The notes beneath the pieces are model-generated. The model saw only the letters and a program-made list of their open reading frames with translations. It did not search any database and was not told the origin of the DNA. A DNA stretch of 63,865 nucleotides, filler included. It is 6 parts of 6 records of this genome, joined end to end, with 100 filler letters (N's around TTAATTAATTAA, not from the genome) between each part and the next. Parts side by side here need not be neighbours in the genome. Positions count along the whole stretch, not along the records: positions 1 to 15,113 come from SRR31156797_43839; 5 more parts are not named here. One strand, written 5' to 3'. Below are positions 1 through 8,390 of the stretch, piece by piece. Each line of letters opens with the position of its first letter. Within the stretch, counting starts at the first letter, position 1. The position numbers and the translations under genes were made by a program.

Positions 1-1
1 T

Positions 2-391
2 GCCCTGGGCCACGCACTGGTCGATGATGTTGTTGCTCACCTGGGCCAGGCGGTACACATTGGCTTCCCTGGCCCTGAAGTCGCCACCCTTGATGGTGTC
101 GTAGAACAGGCGTTTGACGCTGTCCCCGTCATTCTGGTAATTTTTAGCGGCATTGATGCCGCCCTGGGCTGCAATGGAATGGGCCCGCCGGGGCGAATCC
201 TGGATGCAGAAGGTTTTTACATTATAGCCAAGTTCAGCCATTGAAGCCGATGCTGAAGCGCCCGCAAGCCCGGTGCCCACAACGATCACATTGAACTTTC
301 TCTTGTTTGCGGGGTTGACGAGCTTTACATTAAAACGATAATTGTCCCATTTCTTCTCTAAAGGGCCTTCAGGGATCTTTGAATCAAGCAT
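2..391 (-). CDS. sdhA: Succinate dehydrogenase/fumarate reductase flavoprotein subunit (N-terminal part; runs off window start)
   Basis: Manual translation from ATG at 391: [16 protein letters not shown]...[13 protein letters not shown]...[29 protein letters not shown]-binding GxGxxG and the covalent-FAD His motif; directly downstream of sdhC. Confidence 0.93.
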   Translation of the reverse strand, partial: MLDSKIPEGPLEKKWDNYRFNVKLVNPANKRKFNVIVVGTGLAGASASASMAELGYNVKTFCIQDSPRRAHSIAAQGGINAAKNYQNDGDSVKRLFYDTIKGGDFRAREANVYRLAQVSNNIIDQCVAQG

Positions 392-406
392 AACGACAAA
401 CTTCCT

Positions 407-1048
407 TTATGAAACCATTGAAATAAAAACAGGAATACAACCAAATCCGAATGCCACCACCAGGCTCAGAAAAATCCCGGCGGTCTTGAACTTTGACTTA
501 CGGCCTGCAGTGCCCATGCCCAGTGTCTGGAAGGCGCTCCAGAAACCGTGGCTCACATGGAGGGCGGCAATCGCCATGGCCACCATGTAGAGGGCCACCA
601 TTTCCGGCCGGTGGAACCAGTTGGTCAAGATCACGAGGTCGCCGACCTTGCTCTGGGCGGCGGAATGAAAGGTGAGCAGATGAAAAACCACGAAAAGCAG
701 AATCAAGATGCCGGTAATGGCCATGCTTCTCGACCCCAGGGTTCTGCCCCCGGCGGTTTTGCTCACGGCATACCGGACCGGCCTTGCCTTGTAATTCTCA
801 TAGGCCAGAAAAAGCCCGGTGATCACATGGACGACGAACAGAATAAGCAGCACCCACTCTGCAATACGAATCAAAACGCCCAGGGAGTGAAGGTGCTCCA
901 CATACCAGTTAAACAGCTCCGGTCCGCCGTAAACCGTGAGGTTGCCAAGCAGATGGAAAACCAGAAACCCGCAGAAACTGAGGCCTGTGATGGCCATCAC
1001 CCATTTTTTACCGATGGAAGACCAAATGGTGTTCAAAAAACTGTTCAT
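407..1048 (-). CDS. sdhC: Succinate dehydrogenase/fumarate reductase cytochrome b subunit
   Basis: SSIGKKWVMAITG...HLLGN...H...HGFWSAFQTLG, five TM segments with heme His ligands. Start moved to ATG 1048 (GAGGGA RBS). Confidence 0.9.
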   Translation of the reverse strand: MNSFLNTIWSSIGKKWVMAITGLSFCGFLVFHLLGNLTVYGGPELFNWYVEHLHSLGVLIRIAEWVLLILFVVHVITGLFLAYENYKARPVRYAVSKTAGGRTLGSRSMAITGILILLFVVFHLLTFHSAAQSKVGDLVILTNWFHRPEMVALYMVAMAIAALHVSHGFWSAFQTLGMGTAGRKSKFKTAGIFLSLVVAFGFGCIPVFISMVS

Positions 1049-1494
1049 ATATCCCTCTAATACCCTTGTAATAATTATTAAACGAAAAAATCCAGGCCCA
1101 CGGTAAAGCAGGGGTGCCCGGATCTCAATTGAATCCAATTGAACCAGTTTTTCCTTGCCACATACAAAAGACTACACTGCCGGTACTACGATTGTCTCAA
1201 GAAACCGTCCGCATAAAAATGATTATCAACAAACGACCGGGACGTACGTAAAGCGCCACAGAAAGTGCAGAACCCTTTTCAAGGTTTCACATAACCAATT
1301 TTTATCACGCCGGTGGATCAAACGCGTCCGACGACTACGGCGTTCCCAGGCCGCCTCCCCCCTTTCGCCAATATTCCTGGCCATAATTCGTTAACAACGA
1401 TCATTCATTCACTTACTGTTCAGAGAATATTTCATACGCCATAATGCAGGAGGTGTCAAAAATAGTTTAAAAAAAATCAACATCCGCAAAAAAA

Positions 1495-2193
1495 TTACAG
1501 AATCGCCTTCACCAGGCGCTCCACCGCTTCCACCCCGTCCGGGGCCGGTGCACTGAAATCCGTGATCTTTCCCACCACCCCGGCCACGGGCACCCCGGAG
1601 AACCGCGCCACGGCCGCCATGTTCTCCCGGACAAGGGGATCCTCCGTCCCAAGGGCGTCCATGAACACAATGCCCCCAGGCCGCAGCCCCCGGGCCCTGA
1701 GGCACTCCACCGTCATCAGGGTGTGGTTGATGGTGCCAAGGCCCGTTCTTGCGGCAATCACGGGCAGGGCATGGCACGCCTTTATAACATCCGCCATGGT
1801 CACCGATTCGGTCACCGGCACCAGGAGCCCGCCGGCCGCCTCGATCACCAGGTGGGAATGGGCGCCCTCTTTTTCCCTGATTCTTTCCAGGGTGGTTTCA
1901 GGATCGATGGTCTCTCCCATGTCACGGGCGGCGAACCAGGGGGCCTTGGGATTTTCGTGGCAATTGAGAACGGAAGGGGCCGGGTCCCGCTTTTCCAGCC
2001 CCGGGGTGTGGCGATAGACAAAGGCGGCATCCCCCCGGGCATCCAAGGGGGAGCAGCAGCCGGTCTGGAAGGGTTTGATGTAAAAAGGCGTTTGGCCCTT
2101 TCGAATCAACGCCTGCATGATCAAGAGGGAAAGAACGGTTTTACCCACATCCGTGTCCGTGCCGATCACCGCGATTTTTTGGCACACCGCCAT
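1495..2193 (-). CDS. bioD: Dethiobiotin synthetase
   Basis: GTDTDVGKT P-loop, IKPFQTG, VIEAAGGLLVP, LGTINHT motifs. Confidence 0.96.
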   Translation of the reverse strand: MAVCQKIAVIGTDTDVGKTVLSLLIMQALIRKGQTPFYIKPFQTGCCSPLDARGDAAFVYRHTPGLEKRDPAPSVLNCHENPKAPWFAARDMGETIDPETTLERIREKEGAHSHLVIEAAGGLLVPVTESVTMADVIKACHALPVIAARTGLGTINHTLMTVECLRARGLRPGGIVFMDALGTEDPLVRENMAAVARFSGVPVAGVVGKITDFSAPAPDGVEAVERLVKAIL

Positions 2194-3330
2194 CTAGCCC
2201 ACCTCCTTCAACGCGTTCACAAGGGTTTGAATATCCGCGTCCCGGTGCAGGGCGGTCATGCCCAGCCGCAGGATCGCACGGCCCCGGGGCACGGTGGGGT
2301 ACCGGGCGGAAAACGCAAGAATGCCCCGGGCAAAAAGGGCCCCGGAGACCCGGACCGCCCGTTCCTCATCCCCCATCAACACCGAAATAATGTGGGCGTC
2401 CCCGGACACCCGGAAGCCCTGCCGGGTCAAGCGATCGCACATGGCGACACTAACATCTTTCAGGGTTTTCCTGGCATCATCCCCCTGCTCCACCAATTCC
2501 AGGGCATCCACGGCCCCCAGGGCATGGGCCGGGGGAAGAGCGGTGGTGTAGATAAAGGGGGAGGCAAAATTCACCAGATATTCCTTCACCCCGGGGGGCA
2601 GCAGCACAAAGGCGCCAAACAGCCCCAGGGCCTTGCCGAATGTGCCAAGGGCAATGTCCGCCGCTCCCCGGGCAATCCCCCTGCCCTTGTCGCCCAGCAC
2701 CCCGAAGGCGTGGGCCTCATCCACCACACTGTAAAATCCGTACCGGGCCTTCAGCTGCCCCAACGCCCTTACGGGCAACAGATCCCCGTCCATGCTGAAC
2801 AGGGACTCGGTCACCACGGCCCTGTTTTCCGGGGGCGCGGCAGCCAGCCGTTTTTCCAGGTGGGCAAGATTGTTGTGGCGATATCCCTTCATGGCGGCAT
2901 TGCTGAGGACCATGCCCTTGACCGAGCTTGCATGGACATGCTTGTCAAAGAGGAGGGTATCCCCGGGTTCGAACAAGGTGGAGAGCAGCGCCAGGTTGGC
3001 CTGGTATCCGCTGGAAAAAAAGAGGGCATCTTCATACCCGAAATAATCGGCAAAGGTTTTCTCCGCCCTGGAGATGGCGTCATAATTTCCCGCCACCAGG
3101 CGGGAGGAGGACGAGGAACCAGCGCCTGAAGACGTGTAATGGGCGGCCACCCGGGCGGCCAGTTCCGGGGACGCCCCCAGGCCCAAGTAGTCATTGGAGG
3201 CAAAGCTCAGGAGCTTTCTACCGTTGACGGTCACGAACCGTCCCTCCCGTTCTTCAATCACCGGGGGATTCCGGTAGAGCCCTTCCTGTTTTTGCAGCGC
3301 TATCCGATCCCTGAACCGCTTGTCAAACAT
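2194..3330 (-). CDS. bioF: 8-amino-7-oxononanoate synthase
   Basis: FASNDYLGL, SGYQAN, ESLFSMDGD, DEAHAFG, GTFGKALG (PLP Lys), RYPTVP. Confidence 0.95.
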   Translation of the reverse strand: MFDKRFRDRIALQKQEGLYRNPPVIEEREGRFVTVNGRKLLSFASNDYLGLGASPELAARVAAHYTSSGAGSSSSSRLVAGNYDAISRAEKTFADYFGYEDALFFSSGYQANLALLSTLFEPGDTLLFDKHVHASSVKGMVLSNAAMKGYRHNNLAHLEKRLAAAPPENRAVVTESLFSMDGDLLPVRALGQLKARYGFYSVVDEAHAFGVLGDKGRGIARGAADIALGTFGKALGLFGAFVLLPPGVKEYLVNFASPFIYTTALPPAHALGAVDALELVEQGDDARKTLKDVSVAMCDRLTRQGFRVSGDAHIISVLMGDEERAVRVSGALFARGILAFSARYPTVPRGRAILRLGMTALHRDADIQTLVNALKEVG

Positions 3331-3746
3331 GCAAACACCTCCTTGTATCGCTTCCTGAGAATTGCTTCAGGAAACCTGTCGTCGTACGCGGTTACGGAAA
3401 AAACAAACCTGCCGGAGAAAGATTCATTTTCCATCTCAGCCACAAGATCGTAGGAAAAGGCCGCCTGGCTCCGTGCCGCCTGGGTGCCGGAAAGGGCCAG
3501 TGAGCCGGAGATGCGTTCCTGCAATGGAAGGGAGCACGCCTCCACCTTGAGCAGGAAGGCATGGCTTGAAAAATCCAACAGCCTGCGCACATGGAGGGCG
3601 CCCAGCTGTGCCAGGGCCTCCATGACCACAAAAGAGGGCTGATCCGCAAAGACCGCCCTTCCCCGGATGCGTGTATCATCCGCCCGGGTAACCGAGGACA
3701 GGAGATGGAACCCCGCCATGCCGGTATCTATCGCTATTCTGTCCAT
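3300..3746 (-). CDS. Hot-dog fold, FabZ/ApeP-like dehydratase half-subunit (Glu-bearing)
   Basis: PSFVVMEALAQLGAL resembles FabZ PGVLxxEAMAQ; no HFPG His loop; overlaps bioF and fabF. Confidence 0.6.
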   Translation of the reverse strand: MDRIAIDTGMAGFHLLSSVTRADDTRIRGRAVFADQPSFVVMEALAQLGALHVRRLLDFSSHAFLLKVEACSLPLQERISGSLALSGTQAARSQAAFSYDLVAEMENESFSGRFVFSVTAYDDRFPEAILRKRYKEVFACLTSGSGIG

Positions 3747-4930
3747 TTTTTCACCACCAGGGCACCGTTCTGGCCGCCGAACCCGAAATTCTCCATCAGC
3801 AGGGTGTCAAAGGCGCTCTCCCGGGTCTCCCTTACAAAATCCAACCGGGGATCGCACGGATCCGCCAGGTTTCGAACCGCCGGCACAACTCCCCTGGCCA
3901 TGAGGGAGAGGCAGATGGCAAGCTCCACCACCCCGCAGGCCGTGGACAGATGCCCGATCCAGGACTTGAGGGCCATGATCCGGGGGGATCGGCCGGGAAA
4001 CAGCCGGGCCAGCAGGGCGGCCTCCATTTCATCGTTGAGGGGGGTGCCGGTGCCGTGGGCGGACACCACATCGATATCGGAAGGCGAAAGTTGTGCCTGT
4101 CCAAGGGCCTTTGCCACCGCCGTTTCCATCCATCGGCCCGACGGTTCCGGGGCGGTCATGCCGCCGCCGTCCATGGACGCGCCGGCCCCCGCCACCTCCG
4201 CCAGGATATGAGCCCCCCGTTTCCGGGCATGGTCCAGGGCTTCCAGGACCACAAACCCGCCCCCTTCGCCAATGACGAATCCGCTGCGGCCCCGGTCAAA
4301 CGGGCGATGGACCCGGCCGGGATCCCCCGGTGCCGTGCACAAGGCCCCGGCCATCTTATAGGCAAGGGCGGCCCCCGGGTTGACGCGGCTGTCCCCTCCC
4401 CCGGCCAGGGCAAGATCGAGACGCCCTTCCCGCACCTTCCGGAACGCCTCCCCCACCACCTGCACCGTGGTGGCGCAGGCCGTGCTCAGGGTCTGGCTTT
4501 CCCCGTGAATCCCGGCAAGGGCGGCAATGGCCGCGGCCGCGGTATTGGGAAGAAAGTTCAATATCCACAGGGCGGAGAGACTAGCGGGCTCCGCTTTTCC
4601 CCCGGTCCCAAGGTCCAGGTTGGGTCCGGCCCCCACAAACAGACCGGCCTGTTCCAGCATTCCGGGGGACAGCCCGGCATTTTTGACGGCCCTGAGGGCG
4701 GCGGCCACCCCAAAGGCGGCACCCCGGTTCAAATACCGGGCGTTCTTGTATCGCCCGGTATAGGTTTTTAAATTAAACTCCGGCACCGGCGCCACCACCA
4801 CCTCCGGATCAAACCCGGGCCGTTCAAAAACGGTCCGGTTCTGTCCCATGGCGGCCATCACCGCTTCCCCGCTGTTGCCAAGGGGAGAAAAAAACCCGGC
4901 CCCGGTAATCACCACACGACGGTTCATCAT
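3734..4930 (-). CDS. fabF: Beta-ketoacyl-ACP synthase (FabF/FabB family)
   Basis: RRVVITG, STACAT (Cys), AHGTGT (His), KSWIGH (His), NFGFGGQN. Start at ATG 4930 overlaps the upstream TGA (ATGA), with GGGAGG RBS. Confidence 0.9.
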   Translation of the reverse strand: MMNRRVVITGAGFFSPLGNSGEAVMAAMGQNRTVFERPGFDPEVVVAPVPEFNLKTYTGRYKNARYLNRGAAFGVAAALRAVKNAGLSPGMLEQAGLFVGAGPNLDLGTGGKAEPASLSALWILNFLPNTAAAAIAALAGIHGESQTLSTACATTVQVVGEAFRKVREGRLDLALAGGGDSRVNPGAALAYKMAGALCTAPGDPGRVHRPFDRGRSGFVIGEGGGFVVLEALDHARKRGAHILAEVAGAGASMDGGGMTAPEPSGRWMETAVAKALGQAQLSPSDIDVVSAHGTGTPLNDEMEAALLARLFPGRSPRIMALKSWIGHLSTACGVVELAICLSLMARGVVPAVRNLADPCDPRLDFVRETRESAFDTLLMENFGFGGQNGALVVKKWTE

Positions 4931-5571
4931 GCCTCCCAATAGATCTCTTCGGGTGATTTCCGGCCGGGACCGGCCGGGGCCTCGTCCGGGAACCCCAAGG
5001 TAAGAAAACATCGCAATCCCAGGGGATCAAGCCCCGGCACCGGATGCTCCCCGTCCAGAAAATGGAGGGGCGCGGTCAGGATACAGGTGCCAAGCCCCAG
5101 GGCCACCGCCCGCAGCATGAACAACTGAAGGGAGAGGCCAATGGTGATATCCCCGTCCGTCCCCCCAAGGGCATCACCGGCCGGGATACCGGCCCGGTTC
5201 AACCGTGTGGAAAAACGCTCCCCGCCCGTTTCCCCCCCCACGGCGAACAGGGCCGGGGCATCCCACATGAACCGGGAGTGACGCCAGTAATGGTTCAGCA
5301 CATTGATGGCCTTCCTGGGTTTCGAAAGCGCTTCCGCCCGGTTCACCATCTCCCGGTATCCTGTCTCCATCCGGGTGGAGAGCCTGTGCCGAACCTCCGG
5401 AGAAACCAGGCGAACATATCTCACCGGCTGTTGGTTGGAGGGGGACGGGGCCGTATTGGCCGAAAGAATCATCTCCCGGATATGGGATTCCGGCACCGTT
5501 CTGTCCGTGTATTTCCGGATGCTTCGCCTGGCCGCGACCAGGGCGTCAAACACGTTGGTCATCTCCGGCAA
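4927..5571 (-). CDS. Nitroreductase-family FMN oxidoreductase
   Basis: RRSIRKY, APSPSNQQP, LRAVALGLGTC, LGFPDE signatures. Confidence 0.9.
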   Translation of the reverse strand: MPEMTNVFDALVAARRSIRKYTDRTVPESHIREMILSANTAPSPSNQQPVRYVRLVSPEVRHRLSTRMETGYREMVNRAEALSKPRKAINVLNHYWRHSRFMWDAPALFAVGGETGGERFSTRLNRAGIPAGDALGGTDGDITIGLSLQLFMLRAVALGLGTCILTAPLHFLDGEHPVPGLDPLGLRCFLTLGFPDEAPAGPGRKSPEEIYWEA

Positions 5572-5924
5572 TGCTCCACATAGGCAACCAGGTCCCGGAC
5601 CTTCAGGACCGGTCCCTCCCCCAGCTCCGCCACCATCTGTCCCGCCCGTTCCGCCGGAATATGGGGAAGATTTTCAATGATCGCCGCCACAGGGTCCGCC
5701 CCCCTCTCCCTTGCCGCTGCGATCATGGCCCGAAGATGTTTCAGGAAGATGTCATCGTCCCGGACCTCGATTCCGAACTCGGTGGACAGGGCCAACGCCA
5801 CCTCAAGAAGATCGATGGATTCCGCATCCAGCTCCCGCACAAGGTAACTTTCCAAAAAAATATCCCCTTCATCCAGATCCAGAATCTCCATCAGGATCGT
5901 TCTCACCCGATTAAAATACGCCAT
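5559..5924 (-). CDS. Acyl carrier protein with internal insertion (121 aa)
   Basis: ELDAESIDLLEVALALSTEFGIEV (phosphopantetheine Ser in ESID) and C-terminal LKVRDLVAYV helix. Confidence 0.85.
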   Translation of the reverse strand: MAYFNRVRTILMEILDLDEGDIFLESYLVRELDAESIDLLEVALALSTEFGIEVRDDDIFLKHLRAMIAAARERGADPVAAIIENLPHIPAERAGQMVAELGEGPVLKVRDLVAYVEHCRR

Positions 5925-5946
5925 CGCACAATTACTCCTTTACGCC

Positions 5947-6687
5947 TTATTTGCCGGCGGTGAGGCCGCCGTCCATGATGATCGCCACCCCGTTGAAGTG
6001 CCGGGCCGTGTCCGATAAAAAGAAAACCAGGGCCTGTGCCGCCTCGGCCGGTGAAATAAACCCTTCCCCCGGCATCCTTTGGACCAGGTCCCGGCCCTGC
6101 TGCTCAATAAATTGTTTTCCCCGGCCCGACGCCACATACCCCGGCCTCAGGGCCATGGCGGTGATCCCCCGTGACGCCAGCTCAAGCCCCGCACTCCGGT
6201 AGATTCCCTCGGACCCAAGCTTGGAGGCGGCGTACAGCCCCTGTCCCTTTCCGGGGCAGCCGGCCGCGGCCGAGGAGAGAAAAATCATTCGCCCGAAGCG
6301 ATGCCGGACCATGGCTCTTGTTGCCAGGCGCACCAGCTCCGCCCGGGCCGCGACATTCCCGGCCAGGTATCGGGAGAGCCGGCCCGGATCCGCAGAGGCC
6401 ACCAGGGTTTCGTAATCCCCCTGGGCCATATCCACCAAATAATCGATGTCCGGATGGTCGGAAAAGATCTCTCCCATCCGCTCCGGACGGGCCAGGTCAA
6501 AAAAGGCGGTTTGGTATTGCCCGGCCCATGGGGAGAGCCGGTCCTCGATCTTCTCCGCTCCCTTCCGGTGCCGGAAGCAGAGGATGGGAAAAAGCCCCTC
6601 CGCCATCAACAGGGGCGCGAGCGTCAGGGCGATCCCGCAGCTGCCGCCGGTGACAAGCACCTTTTTCCCCGTAAAGACAAGGTTCAT
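5947..6687 (-). CDS. fabG: 3-oxoacyl-ACP reductase-like SDR
   Basis: TGGSCGIA, FLSS, YAASK (YxxxK), PGYV, DGG C-terminus. Confidence 0.8.
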   Translation of the reverse strand: MNLVFTGKKVLVTGGSCGIALTLAPLLMAEGLFPILCFRHRKGAEKIEDRLSPWAGQYQTAFFDLARPERMGEIFSDHPDIDYLVDMAQGDYETLVASADPGRLSRYLAGNVAARAELVRLATRAMVRHRFGRMIFLSSAAAGCPGKGQGLYAASKLGSEGIYRSAGLELASRGITAMALRPGYVASGRGKQFIEQQGRDLVQRMPGEGFISPAEAAQALVFFLSDTARHFNGVAIIMDGGLTAGK

Positions 6688-6977
6688 AACACAAGCTTCC
6701 CTGTCACCACGGCCCGGTCCTTGTCAAACAGGGTGCACCGGATACCGGAGCCGTCCCCCCGCATTCCGTACCGGTACTCCCCCGGGGAGACAAACCGCCT
6801 GAACCTGAAATTGGAAACCCGCACCGGCCTTACCCGGCCCTGCCGGGCATGGACCTTGAGAAAGGCATGGATGATCACGCTTCCCGGCACCACGGGATGT
6901 CCCGGGAAATGATCCCCATAGATCCTGTCGGCCGGGTCAAAAAAAAACACCCCTTCCCGGTAAAACGAGGTATCCAT
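6684..6977 (-). CDS. Hot-dog fold, FabZ/ApeI-like dehydratase half-subunit (His-bearing)
   Basis: DHFPGHPVVPGS motif and FRRFVSPG; the catalytic Glu position is His. Confidence 0.75.
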   Translation of the reverse strand: MDTSFYREGVFFFDPADRIYGDHFPGHPVVPGSVIIHAFLKVHARQGRVRPVRVSNFRFRRFVSPGEYRYGMRGDGSGIRCTLFDKDRAVVTGKLVL

Positions 6978-7958
6978 CTAGGACGCCACCCTGAGGCCCA
7001 GGTCTTTGATCATCTCCATATCGGTCTTGATGCTCCGGCCCCGGGTGGTGAGATAATCCCCGCCCATGAAGGCGTTGGCCCCGGCCGTAAAGATAAAGGA
7101 CTGGAAATCATCGAGAATTTTTTCCCGGCCCCCGCAGATGGTGATATTCCGGGTTGGATTGATGAACCGGAACAGGGCGATGCTCTTTAACGCGTCCACG
7201 GGCGTCACCAGGGGCCTTGATGCCATGGGGGTGCCGGGAATCGGGTTGAGAAAGTTGATGGGCACGGTGTCCACATCAAGCTCCCCCAGGGTAAAGGCAA
7301 GCTCCACCCGCTGCTCCCAGGACTCACCCAGGCCCAGGATCCCCCCGCTGCATACGGAAAAACCGGCCTCCTTGGCGATCTTCACGGTCTCCACATCGTC
7401 CCGGTAATCATGGGTGGTGCAGATCCTGTCAAAATAACTTTCCGCCGTCTCCAGGTTATGGTGGTAATTGGAAATGCCCGCCTCCCGGAGCCACCTGGCC
7501 ATGGGCAGGGTCAACGCCCCCAGGGAGGCGCACACCTTGAGGGGCGTGGCCTTGCGAATCGCCTCCGCGGCCCGGCAGACGGTGTCCAGGTCACGGCCCT
7601 TAAGGCTGAATCCGCTGGTGACCATGGAAAAATGGGTGGCGCCCTGCCCCGCCATGCGCACAGCGGTTTCCAGGATTTCATCCACCCCGCGCATGGGATA
7701 GGTTTCAACGTCGGTGCGGTGAAAGGAGGACTGGGCGCAATAGGCGCAATCCTCGGAACAGCGACCGGACTTGGCATTGATGATGGCGCATGAGAAGATC
7801 CGGTCCCCTGTCTCTTTCTCCCGGATCTTTCCCGCACAGCCGATCATGTAAAACAGATCCGCCCCGGAGACCCGGGTAAGCTCCAGCGCCTCCTCCCGGG
7901 TGATCCGACCGTCGGTCAAGATTTTTTCCGCAAGAACGGAAATAGCAATTTTGAACAT
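6978..7958 (-). CDS. bioB: Biotin synthase
   Basis: Radical SAM CSEDCAYC, YHHNLET, CSGGILGLGES, VPINFL, GDYLTT. Confidence 0.97.
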   Translation of the reverse strand: MFKIAISVLAEKILTDGRITREEALELTRVSGADLFYMIGCAGKIREKETGDRIFSCAIINAKSGRCSEDCAYCAQSSFHRTDVETYPMRGVDEILETAVRMAGQGATHFSMVTSGFSLKGRDLDTVCRAAEAIRKATPLKVCASLGALTLPMARWLREAGISNYHHNLETAESYFDRICTTHDYRDDVETVKIAKEAGFSVCSGGILGLGESWEQRVELAFTLGELDVDTVPINFLNPIPGTPMASRPLVTPVDALKSIALFRFINPTRNITICGGREKILDDFQSFIFTAGANAFMGGDYLTTRGRSIKTDMEMIKDLGLRVAS

Positions 7959-8013
7959 GGCTCCTCTCGATTTTCAGTTTTTTGTTTGCTGTATGGGATC
8001 AAATATGCACCAC

Positions 8014-8047
8014 ATTGTCAACTCAAATCTTATACAGGGTTGACAAT
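8014..8047. promoter_or_regulatory. BirA operator (bioO) upstream of bioB
   Basis: ATTGTCAAC-N16-GTTGACAAT perfect inverted repeat matching the TGTxAAC-N14/16-GTTxACA BirA consensus. Confidence 0.9.
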
Positions 8048-8065
8048 ACAAAACGGAACAGGTGT

Positions 8066-8108
8066 ATGGGAAATAGAGAAACACGGCTTAATCTGCTGGA
8101 ATCCAACC
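8066..8108 (+). pseudogene. birA: birA 5' remnant
   Basis: MGNRETRLNLLESN versus intact BirA N-terminus [14 protein letters not shown]; similarity stops after ~14 codons. Confidence 0.8.
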
Positions 8109-8237
8109 CAAAACACATTCTCAGGGTAACGCATGTAATAATTATGGGAAAAACGATACATACTTATGTGAATCTCGTCCCCCACCCCAAACCATATCCC
8201 ATTGAAATTGCAAACAAACCACTTCCCCTTATCACTC

Positions 8238-8253
8238 CGGCACAATAATTGCT
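8238..8253 (+). promoter_or_regulatory. Sigma54 (-24/-12) promoter
   Basis: CGGCAC-AATAA-TTGCT matches YGGCAC-N5-TTGCW, ~35 nt before the riboswitch. Confidence 0.8.
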
Positions 8254-8286
8254 TTTTTATTCTGATTCTGCAGCATTTAGCAAACA

Positions 8287-8366
8287 GCCCGCGACAAAGC
8301 CAAATCCTGTGCAAACAGGAGACGGAAAGCCATGGGGTCTGTGGGAGACAGCCCGGCTGCCGGGGC
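8287..8366 (+). ncRNA. Cyclic di-GMP-I (GEMM-I) riboswitch
   Basis: CGACAAAG-CC-AAA-TCCTGT-GCAA-ACAGGA-GACGG-AAAGCC...GGTCT-GTGGG-AGACAGCC-CGGCTGCCG. P2 with GNRA loop, covarying CC/GG pairs, P3 and GCCC/GGGC P1; sits in the 5' UTR. Confidence 0.88.
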
Positions 8367-8390
8367 CATTCATTAAAAAAGGAGACGTTG

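Larger units (their letters stand above)
7981..8108 (+). repeat. Diverged direct repeat copy 1 (BirA operator + first ~14 codons of birA)
   Basis: Aligns by eye with 9976-10104 (tttgtttgc.gtatgggatcaaatatgc...ttgtcaactcaaa...ggttgacaatac.aaacgg..acaggtg.atgggaaat.gagaaaca...atccaacc). Confidence 0.92.

Noticed and set aside
1723-3129. 468-aa plus-strand ORF
   Set aside because: Antisense shadow of bioD/bioF in GC-rich DNA; no motifs.
3300-6977. FAS-like genes as a secondary-metabolite (aryl polyene/type II PKS) cluster
   Set aside because: No chain-length factor, adenylation, tailoring or export genes; embedded between bioB and bioF under a BirA operator.
8202-8390. N-terminal extension of the PEP-CTERM ORF
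   Set aside because: Region holds the sigma54 promoter and riboswitch; the RBS and signal peptide begin at 8391.
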